A stretch of DNA of 64,000 nucleotides from Nemertoderma westbladi (Eukaryota; Animalia; Xenacoelomorpha), in contig JAUCBJ010003374.1 of the NCBI GenBank assembly GCA_032718475.1, positions 1-64,000 on the forward strand. Direction: 5' to 3'. The notes beneath the pieces are model-generated. The model saw only the letters and a program-made list of their open reading frames with translations. It did no database searches and was not told the origin of the DNA. Made by a program: the position numbers and the translations under genes. Positions 29,986 to 40,449 of the stretch are shown piece by piece (position 1 is the first letter of the stretch; the number at the start of each line of letters is the position of its first letter).

Positions 29986-30174
29986 AAAGTGGAGATGCAA
30001 ATAGTGAAAATGGTTACACTGGAGAGACAAATAACACAGACAGAAATATTGAGGGCACTTGATGGACCAACAAGTGGAAACACATACAGAGAAAATTGTG
30101 GACGCCGTTCGGACAAACAAGTCGAAACACAAATAGGTGAAACAAACAGAGAAAATGGTGGACACTAGAATACT

Positions 30175-32430
30175 ACTAGGATTGGCATGCTGCATTGCAG
30201 CTGCATTTTTAAGAATGCTGTGCCGGCTTGTCGACAAAAACGGAATGCTGCGCCGCCATAACTCCCTATCACCCATGACATTTGCTAGATCATCCGCATC
30301 TTCAAGGCCAGTGTCCTTTAAGGTGCGTCTCAAGAAAGTCATGGGCTGTCCACCATGCTTATTCACTCCATGAGGCTGCCAAAGTACAAGATTATGCACA
30401 GGCTGGTCCTCACGGCGAAAGCAATGTCCTGCAAAGCGGAGGCGATTTTGGTTCTAGTGTCAAGCTTGGGGGAACCAATGAGACACCTCCAATGTTATAT
30501 AGTGTCTGGTTGGAGATGTGTGCATTGTACTTGACACAATGAACCCGGCGTAGCATTCTTGTGAATGTACCATCCAGAGATTTGGTATCCTCAGCAGTTA
30601 GAGCCCAGCATGGACTCCCATAGAGGAGTACTGGAACTACTGCTGCTCTAAATAATCGGACCTTAAGTTTCCGATTAATTCTCGGTTACTTCCAAATCCT
30701 GGAAAACCTATTCAGGGCTGCCCATGCCCTTCCTTTACGTATTCGAAAGTCCTCACCTGACTTCCGGATCCATGATCCCAGGTAACAGAAGTCGTCCACA
30801 TGCTCAAGCATACCATCCTTTGAGCTTATGCTCATCCGATCAGAGACTTGCTGAGGACTTTCAAAGTTAACTGTCAAAATGTTGGTCTTTCTGGAGTTAA
30901 TAAAAAGACCAACACTAGAAGCAGCATGTTCTAATGAGCTGAGGAGTCGTTGGGCTCCCTCTAGTGATTCTGAGAGTACTCCTAAGTCATCAGCAAAGTC
31001 TAGATCAGTTAGGTACTTGGCAGGATTTCCTCGACTTCTGGAGCCAGTAGGTGGAGTTATCATCACCCCATCATCATTATGATGATCTAAGGACATGCGT
31101 AGAACATAGTCAACTACAATTATAATGAACAAGAATGGTGCAAGTGTGTCTCCCTGGAGGACGCCCCATAACACTTCAAATGGTTCTGTGTCACCGTCAA
31201 CAGTTGACACAAATGTTGTCGAACCATCGTATACTGATCTGATTGCTGCAATAATTTCATCAGGAATCCCATATAATGAAAGTATGCTGAACATACGTGA
31301 GCGAGAGACTGAATCAAAGGCCTTGAAGAAGTCAACAAAGATAACAGCCAGATGCCTGTCTTTCTTTTTTGATAACTCTTCAATTATCCTTCTAAGGGGC
31401 AAAATGGGCTCCATGGTCCCACGACCTTTACGGAACCCATTCTGATTTCCACGGAGCAGTCTCTCAATGGGATCCCTGATGCGATTTAATAGAATTCTAT
31501 TGTATAGCTTTGCAGCAATCGAGATCAATGAGATTCCCCGAAAAGGACCATAGAGTGTTAGGTTGCCTTTCTTGGGAACTGGCACCAACTTATTTGTTTT
31601 CATTTCTTGTGGGACTCTTGTTGTTCGGTACATGTCTACTATGATGGGATAGATGAGCTTTAAACACTCAGGTATTTTAAAGACCTCAGGGGGAACACCA
31701 TCTACTCCACTGGCACGATTGGTCTTAATGCTCTTTGCAGCAGCCTTCACTTCTGCAAAGGAGATATCGCCAATGGGAATATCTGGGAGTACAGACTCAG
31801 ACACTTTTACTTCTATAAAGTTATCAGGCAATACCCTGTCATTATTGAGGAGCTTTTCAAAGTGGGCCTTCCAACCGTTGAGGCGATCGGCTGGTGATTC
31901 AGCCTTAACCTTGGTGGTTGGTTGGCTTTTCCGACCAGTAAGCAAGTTGATCGATTTCCATGCCTGGGATGATTGCCTGCTGTCGTCAGCATCATTGATG
32001 GCATCAACCTGTTGGTTTATTAGCTCCTGTAGATTAACAGAGTACTGCCTGTTCAGGGACCTAGATGCAGCCTTAACTGCATTCTTGGCCGCTGTAGTCT
32101 GTTTGAGTCGGGACTCTTTCTGCGCCTTATATAGGTCATTTCGGCACTTCTGCATTTTGTTGTCAGTCCAGGGGGCCCTTTTCCTGTTTCGAGGGTATAC
32201 AGGAACTGTTTCTGCAGCTGCTAACTTAACTGCTTCTGTGAAGGCAGTATAGCCCTCACAGTGATCTGCCGCCTCAGAGGCAAGAACCTCATACCTGTTG
32301 CTCAGCTGTAGTGAGAAGCTGGATCTCACACTTGGCTGGTGCAACAGAGAGGACCAGTCATGCCGGGGTTGGGGGTGCTTTTTTGCCGAGTCAGCTCTCG
32401 GGGCAAATACCACACCCTGGTTTGCCATTC
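30175..32430 (-). mobile_element. RTE-clade-like non-LTR retrotransposon, family A, 5'-truncated
   Basis: RT ORF 30686-32428 followed by a decayed C-terminal frame (..LWQPHG..TFLRRTLKDTG..) and 3' end; four other fragments elsewhere in the window. Confidence 0.9.
30686..32428 (-). pseudogene. Reverse transcriptase (LINE ORF2) fragment with premature stop, no endonuclease domain
   Basis: Motifs QNGFRKGR, FVDFFKAFDS, GVLQGDTLAP, LDFADD, YLGS; homology continues past the stop at 30686. Confidence 0.88.
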
Positions 32431-32506
32431 CACAGGGTAGGTGTCGCAGTGTAGTCGGATATGAAGCCCATCACCCATATCTACTCTGGCGCACATGAAT
32501 TCGCCT

Positions 32507-32586
32507 AGGATAATTCTTCTAGATAATTCTGCTTCTAGATAATTCTGCTTCTAGATAATTCTGCTTCTAGATAATTCTGCTTCTAC
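32507..32586. repeat. 16-bp tandem repeat (TAGATAATTCTGCTTC)~5
   Basis: Directly visible. Confidence 0.85.
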
Positions 32587-33950
32587 TGGACGAATTTTCT
32601 GGCAATAAAGTTTATTTTTATTCTTAAATTGTAAGAAATCTTGGAACCCACATTTAAACAACCTACACATTTTATGAACGTGTTTATAGAACATTTTTTT
32701 TTGAGTCACCAACCCTATTGCACTCAGTAAAATAACTAAATAACTATTATTTCAATGTCAAATGGTATAGTATTATTATATATTTCCTGAAAGAGCATTA
32801 AATTAATACAAAAATGCACAAAATATGTATCCCTGGGATAAAGCTAGGGAGAGGGAAATCAACAAACATGTTTTTTGTTATAAATGTCGAAAATTGTCCC
32901 TTACTAAAATTGAGTTTATAACTAATATTCTACAAAATTGTGTCCATCAATCTACTTTTATAAGAATTTGAAATTATTCAGCTTGATTACAAAAAAACAT
33001 GATCGCCTTTCAATCAGATCAATCTACAGTAGTATTTATTAAAGCCATCAAAGTAAAGTAGGTATGTTAAACCATAAATGTCCATGAAAGAATTAAGATT
33101 TGTCTATGAGGGTCTTCGCCACCGGAGCCATATACGTCATTCCGGTATATCCGGTGTTTAAACATAAATATGAAATTAATAAAACATCATAATCTATCAT
33201 TATTTAAACATAAATGTCCATGTCTGTAACCAAACATAAAGCGTTTTTTTAAAATAAAAGTTTAGGTCTTTTCAATAAATAAGAAGGAATTGTGGATTCC
33301 CAATGGAAATGCGCTACACTTGATATACAACAACCATCTCTTCATAATATGAGTATGGTGTGCAATAAGGTCTAAAATGCGTACCATAAAATGTCCCATG
33401 CCTGTATCCCCCTGCAACAGGTCCCAGGTTACAGGTAAGTTACAGGGGGGACTGTCCTTGCCTGTGACTATGGAAAGTTTCATTGCAGCTATGTAGAAAT
33501 CAGCGGGAATTATTATCAATTAATTTCTGAACTTTTTTCTTCATGTAGAAGAAATCAGCGGGATATTATTATCAAATAATTGTTAGCCCCCATTGGTCCT
33601 GCATCTTTTCGCGAGTAAGTAGTCATGAGGCGGGTCAATAAAGTCCGTACCAATCTTGCTTCTCTCCCAGACCTGCAAGACTCCCAAATGGAGACCGCCC
33701 TTCTCCGCTCTTGCTTATACCCCCCCCCCCCCCCCCTAATGTTGTCTTTGCCCTGCAATATTTCCCACCACTACCCCTGGAAACTAGTCATCCACTCAGT
33801 TTGACCTCCTCATGCGTGATGCCTTATCTGACCTAAGGTCCGAGGTGCCCTCTCCGACTGATCGTATTACAAGGCTTGCCTTCCGACATCCTTGGGAAGG
33901 ATCGCCTTACCCAAGGCAACTTCCCATGCCCCCGGTTCTGTCTGCTTAAT

Positions 33951-36900
33951 CTAGGTCAGGTCAGGTCAGGTATTCTAGGTCATTGATCAAGAAAACTTGC
34001 CACCTCCATGCAGCATAAAGGAGGTGCCACCTGTAGCTGCATAGACCCTCTTACTAGGGCAAATCTGGTCCTGTAACTAGGACCCCCATCGTTCTGGGAT
34101 AAGGACGCCGTTGGTCCTGGATTAAGGACCCATATACTTGGCTGCAGGGGTATATGGCCTGGCCAGGCAAATGGTCGAGCGAACTCTGACAGTGGAAATG
34201 AGATCCTTCCAGGCCCCCCGACTCTCCATAGTTATCGCAATTTCGTTTTTCCCAAGTTCAGTATCCCTTTCAAGTTCATCTATATATGTTATGGCCGATC
34301 GTCCACGACTACGCTTTCCATGAGTTGGTTGCCAGAGACGTAGATCTGGTATGACCCCGTCTTTACTTCGCCAGCAGTGCCCACTGAATCTTAATCTGCG
34401 TTCACGGAGGGTGGTTGATACAGGTGGTATTGTACCATAAAGCTCGGCGTTTGTTATGTGTTGTCTCCAGCTGATGTTTAGGGCTGCCCTCAGTAGTCTT
34501 GTGTAGCAACCATCAATTCGTTGTTCAAGTGATTTAGTCAGTGTCCAGGTCTGACCCCCGTATAAAAATACACTTTCCACTGTGGCTTGAAAGAACTTAG
34601 TCTTCAGGTGCCGTGCCTGGAGAGATCTGATTTCCAGATGGTATCCATTTTTGATAGAGCTACCCAAGCCTTTGCTTTCCTAACTTCTATGTCCTTTTTG
34701 CTACTCTCTATCCATGATCCAAGGTACTGGAAGTCGTCAACCTTCCTTAGTTGATTATTATCAATGGTTGTCAAGTCCATCAACATTAAAGGTCATGAAT
34801 TCGGTCTTGGTAGCATTTATATGCAATCCAACCTCCTTAGCAGCCCTCTCCACTTTATTTAGTAGAAGCTGTGCATCTGCTAGCGTATTAGAGAGCTGGG
34901 CGATGTCATCGGCAAAGTCGGTGTCTGTGACTGTAGTTGACGGATATCTACTACTTCTGCGTTCTTGAAATGTGAATCCCAGATCTTCACTCTTTGTGGC
35001 CGTCCTCATTGCGTAATCCAGCACAATTACAAATACTAATGGTGCTAATGTGTCACCTTGCAGTACGCCAGCCAGGATTGAGAAAAACTCAGTTTCACCA
35101 TCTGGTGAGAGTACCTGCGCCTCTGTGTCACAATATAACAATCCAATGCCAGCAACAATTACTTCTGGTATTCCATAAGCTCTTAAGGGGGGGGTAGCGC
35201 ATTTTCTGACCAAAAAGTCGAATTTTTGAAACATATCCTATCTGATGCAGAATTTCATGCTGAATCCAAATATGTAAACCGTTTTCCCATATCTTGCTTA
35301 GGTTTCGAGATATCTGGGATAGAAGATACTGGCTCCGATATATCGCGATATCGGTAAAGGCGATGAAGTTTGGGGTTTGCATTCAATTTCTGCATATTTC
35401 TGTGCTCAGTGGTGCTAATTGGATGTCTCCATGAGAAAGAGCACAAAATTTTAAATGAGAAGGTATTTGTTTATGATTATTGGACCTACTGATCAGTTTA
35501 TAATACAACTTCAAGTCTCCGGAATGAAGACGGGACTCGAATAAGCGACTCTGCGGTCTTTGCGGGATTACACGGAATAGACTTATCGGTAATCGGAGAT
35601 CTACAAAATGTATAATCTCCAGTTCTAGTGGTCGTACGAAGTTCGTTTTAGGCTCATTCGAAAGCTTTTTTCTCAGAGACCAAAGTTACCATTTGGTTTG
35701 GCAAACTCTTGAAAGCTGCCTGAGCAATCATAACTTGAACAAAATTTGCAAGGCATATTTTACCCAAATTCATGTTATGTTGCTGTACAACCATTTTGTC
35801 TTAAATCAAATGGTAACTTTGTTCTCTAAGAAAATAGCTTTCGAATGAGCCTAAAACGAACTTCGTACGACCACTAGAACTGGAGATTATACATTTTGAA
35901 GATCTCCGATGACCGATAAGTCTATTCCGTGTAATCGCGCAAAGACTGCGGAGTCGCTTTTTCGAGTCCAGTCTTCATTCCGGAGACTTGAAGTTGTCTT
36001 ATAAACTGATCAGTAGGTCCAATAATCATAAAAAAATACCTTCTCAATTAAAATTTTGTGCTCTTTCTCGTGGAGACATCCAATTGGCACCACTGGTCAC
36101 ATAAATTTGCAGAAATTGAATGCAAACCCCGAACTTCATCGACTTTACCGATATCGCGATATATCGGAGCTAGTATCTTCTATCCAAGATATCTCGAAAA
36201 CTAAGCAAGATATCGGAAAACGGTTTCCATATTTGGATTCAACATGAAATTCTGCATCAGATAGGATATGTTTCAAAAATTCGTCTTTTTGGTCAGAAAA
36301 TGCGCTACCCCCCCCTTAAGATTTCAAGCATTTTACCTCTATGGATGGAGTCGAATGCCTTCTTGATGTCCACAAAAGTCATGACTGCGGGGAGATTCTT
36401 TGACTTAATTCCTTCAATCAGTCTCCGTAGTGCAAGTATCTGAGCTATTGTTGATCTACTTGGTCGAAATCCGGCTTGCCAACATTGCTTGCCAACTTGC
36501 CAAATACAGCTTGCCAACAAATTGTTACTATCAATAATAAGAAATCCGTTTTGGCTCTTACGCAGTAGTTTCTCTATGTGAGGCCTAATCCTATATAGAA
36601 TCAATTTATTGTATATTTTGGCAGCTACCACAAGCAGACAGATCCCACGATAGTTTGTTGGTATGCCGAGGTCTCCTTTCTTGGGGAGAGGCTTTAGTTG
36701 ACCTTTAGTCCAAATTGGTGGTGGCTTTTCCCCTTTTAACATCCGGTTGCAAACATTCAATAATGGTCTGTTTAGCACTCCGGTTTTCCATACCTCCGCT
36801 GGGATTTAATCTAATCCACTCGCTTTATTATTGGACATGCTTTTAATGCTTCTTTGGAGTTCGGCAGGTGTGAAGTCCCCTGTTTCTATAGGTAGTGTCT

Positions 36901-38975
36901 TGTCATATATATTCCTTGTAGGGCTGACCTCGATGTTTGGTGGCTGCCCAAGCAAGTTGCTGAAGTGATTTTTCCACTTCCCAACACGTTCTTTAGGACT
37001 ATCGGCTTTGAGGCGCCCCTTTGCACAACTTTTCCGACCAGATACCTCATTTACAGTTTGCTGTATTGTTGCTGTATGTGAGCAGTTGTAATTGCTTCAG
37101 TTTTATCCTGTATGTACTTTTCCTGGCTGATGTTTTAGGCCTATTTAAGATCGTCCTTAGCTTTCTCTTCTCAACCTTGTTAATGTTTTCGGTTGTTGGT
37201 TGTTCGGTTTTAACTTTGTATGCTATCTTAAGATCTTCTCTCTTACAAGTAACCTCAGAGTTTTGCCATGGCACATACTATTTTCGTTTGGTTTTCTGGG
37301 GGATATGCCTCTTAGCTGATTCCTTGTGGGCTGTAATTATATTCTATCTGGTATATTGAATCGGTGGATTGGTCTTCACCCATTGACTGAAGTGCTTCAA
37401 AGCGATTTTGAACTTCTACTGTGTAAGCATCCTTTACAGCATTGTCAGTTTCTCCCAGTCATAGTTGATTTGCTTGCTTATCCTGGGTTTGCCGGCTCTC
37501 AAACTGAGTCTGATCTCTGCAGTCACAATTCTATGGTCCGAACCAATTAGGTTGAACGAGCTGTATGCCTCGCAGTTGATCATGCTGTTTCTCCACTTTT
37601 TGTTTATAAGGATGTAATCCAGTTGTGCTTTGGTTCCATTATGGTATTGAAAGGTCCATCGCTTCCCCTTACTCTTTTCGAATGTGTTGTTTGTTGGTAT
37701 CAATTCACATTCTTCCATTAGGTCTAAAAGTAAGTACCCATTTCTGTTAGAACTGGTGTTATAGGTGTAACCCTTGATGTCTTTTGGGCCAATTTGCGCA
37801 TTCAGGTCACCAGCAATGACTTTAAAAACATTGTGTTTCGGAATGTACTTTATAAGTCCAGTCAGTTCTTCATAAAACTCATAAAACTTAATAAAATATA
37901 CATCACAACCCCCTGTTAGTCAGTATGTCGGTACATTCAATTACTTCATAAAACTTGACTGCTTGTTCTGGCTCTGAGGCATTGGTTGGACTGTAGCAAC
38001 ATATAACTGTTGCCTTGGGATTCCCATCAAATGTTGCGATCATAACCCTGGAATTTATAGATTCGATGTTGTTTAGGATCTTAAGTGCAAATGGGCTTAT
38101 CAGAATTCCTACTCCACCAATTGATGCATTGGCCGAGTTTCTTACTGCTGAGCTTGTTACTAACGTCCATCCATTTCCAATGTCATTGTACTTCCTGGCA
38201 GTATCTCCATGACAAATCCGATGTTCTTGGATGCAGATGATGTCGATGTTATATTCCATTGCCAGAGCGACCATGTCACCCTGTTTGGTATGTGCTTTCA
38301 GCGTGCGTGCGTTCATTGTAGCAATCTTTAGTGTCTTTTTACATTTCAACAGGTTGGTTCTTCTTTCTTCTCTGTCTTCTGTTCCAGTAGACAATTTATC
38401 GACCCCAGCCTGGTGTACCACTGAGGGACGTGGTCCTTGTTGACCCGGGCGACGACCGTGCCGGTATTTCTCCTGGAGGGTTCTCATACTCATATCTTTC
38501 AGTTGCGAGAGTAAACCGCTTGTGGTCGCAACTCCTACAAGCGTCTTCGCAGTAGTTCGCCGTTGGTTGATTACCTTCCGCCGACCTTGTCAGCATGTAT
38601 AGCAGTTGGTTGATTACCTTCCGCCTATCCATGGCCTACAGCCCTGCTGCCGACTGTAGGGGTCCTTTTGTTACACCTTGAACCAAGTGTGCCTCCTGGG
38701 TTAGGTTACCTAACACTGGTAGAGGAGCATCCAGTATAGACAGGGCGGGGTGTGTATCATCTCTATTGCAGATGCGTATCAAGCCTTTGCCTTCAATGGT
38801 GCCCTAGGCGCTATAGCCCTCAATGACTTATTTAGTTGACGGGGCTAAAACCAACCCACTCTTGATCAACTAAATAATGAATAGGCTATGCTTATCGGGC
38901 CTGCCCTACGGGGCTGACAGCTACAGGTAGTACCACATCACTGCCAGTGGTAGCAGGATCAGGGCACCTGACCTA
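33951..38975 (-). mobile_element. Full-length but disrupted RTE-clade-like non-LTR retrotransposon, family B (APE endonuclease + RT)
   Basis: APE motifs (IATMNARTL, ICIQEH, GGVG, CYSPT, QLDYIL, SDH) at 37434-38493; RT motifs (NYRGI, KAFDS, GVLQGDTLAP, DFADD, YLGS) at 34122-36778; frameshifts and insertions; (CCTGA)n at the 3' end. Confidence 0.9.
35187..36315. mobile_element. Foldback non-autonomous DNA transposon with TTAA TSD (Kolobok-type GG...CC termini) inserted in the family B RT
   Basis: TTAA at 35183-35186 and 36316-36319; ~520-bp inverted arms; removing it restores RT ..KMLEILR|AYGIPE.. Confidence 0.9.
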
Positions 38976-39139
38976 ACTATCTACGTATAAGATGGTATAA
39001 GGTACCAATACCGTTCAGATAATGAATGTTTGGATGGGTAGTAACTTATGTTGAGCTTCTTCAGGCCTGGATTCAATATTGAACTAAATATCAGTTAGAC
39101 TGGCAATTAGTTGTGGTCCATAAAGTTTAGTTTCCATTC

Positions 39140-39830
39140 AGTTTATTCATGTTTACTTGATTTCATCAAAGCTTTCGATCGTGTAGAATGTAAGAAATTA
39201 TTCTTAGAGAACTAATTCTGCCCTTTTTATTCGATGTTTGCTGTATATTTATTGCAATCACTCTTGTTTTGTAAGATGGAATATGTATAAGTCATGCAGT
39301 TTCAGCATCCGCAATAGTGTAAGACAAGGATCGTGCATCTCGCCGGCGCTTTTTTGTGTAGTTTATTATTAAGATATGCTCCAATTTTTGTGCTGAATTT
39401 AAATTGAAACTCAGTGTTGATGTAAATCAGGCCAAATGTAAATCAAAATGTATACCATTTAGTATTAATTGGAGTCCATCACTGTGTAACATAGTAGTAG
39501 ATAACATTAGTCTTCCTTGGGTTCAACAAGCACAGCATTTATCACACTAGAGGTGTAAATTAGATAGGGACGCAATTCTTAAACGGGGAGCTTTTATTGG
39601 TAAGCTTAGTAATTTAAGACAGGGATTTTCATTCGCATCATCTTCGTGAATTTCAAATATTCAAAGAATTTACGCCACTAGTTTTTATGGGAGTGTAGTT
39701 TTGGACTTATTTTCTCATGATTGTTCTAGAATTTTTACAGCTTTGAACAATAATATTCGTATTATATGGGGGTTACCTTTTAAAAGTCATAGATTTATTG
39801 TAGAACGCATTGTACAATGTTCTCATCCAC
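39140..39830 (+). pseudogene. Highly decayed LINE reverse transcriptase fragment
   Basis: Residual motifs CLLD..KAFDRV (~39150-39185) and VRQGSCISPALFCV (~39318-39360) with stops and frameshifts. Confidence 0.6.
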
Positions 39831-40082
39831 GAGTAATGTCAGATATATTTGTGTATGTCGCTATTTAATTGTATTTCCATATTTTTGTGTAGATTATGAT
39901 GACACTATATCTGCTTATCGCGTATTATTGCCTTCTCTGTACAGTATAATCTATGTATTATTTTGTGCTTTTTGTCTCTTATCTTTACTTACTCTGTTCC
40001 TGGCTGCATGCCAGTGTACGAAATAAATAATAATAATAATAAGTGTTACGTTAATAGTTTATTTATGTGATATATTTTTCAG

Positions 40083-40181
40083 GTGACTGCAAAGCAAACG
40101 GAACAACCAGGAAATTCGCCACAAACTGCCGAAAGTAAACCTGTTGATCAGAAACAGTCAAAGAGTTGTTCAATTCTATAG
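40083..40181 (+). CDS. Probable 3'-terminal coding exon of a host gene for a prenylated (CaaX) protein: VTAKQTEQPGNSPQTAESKPVDQKQSKSCSIL*
   Basis: Acceptor TTTTTCAG|G; phase-0 open frame ending in CSIL-stop; AT-rich UTR-like sequence downstream; upstream exons not identified in the window. Confidence 0.65.
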   Translation: MTAKQTEQPGNSPQTAESKPVDQKQSKSCSIL

Positions 40182-40449
40182 CATTTAAGTAATACTTATA
40201 TATATTAGTCAATGATATTACCTTGTAATATATGCCATAACTAATATTTATATATTTAGAGAGAGTTTTTATTTCTACTCTGAAATCATGTTTGTTTACT
40301 TTATATTTTTTTGGACAATGTAGTATAAATTATGGTATATTTTTACATTGTTATTGAAATTTCAACGGATATTTATTTTATATTCAAACTGTTATGAATG
40401 TTTTAAAGATAATAAAATATATTTCTGTTTTTATTGTATTGATATTTTG

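Noticed and set aside
5270-30116. Three ~8,000-aa ORFs as giant protein genes
   Set aside because: All three frames encode the same permuted 52-aa repeat, a consequence of a stop-free 52-bp unit; indels of 2 and 3 bp both occur; no domains or codon-position pattern
33995-34063. Known twister, HDV-like or hammerhead ribozyme
   Set aside because: By eye it lacks the twister core, the canonical HDV L3 and P1.1 GG, and the hammerhead CUGANGA/GAAA; retained as an unclassified motif
35128-36247. Paired short ORFs (MCSFSWRHPI...)
   Set aside because: Mirror translations of the palindromic transposon arms; no recognisable domain
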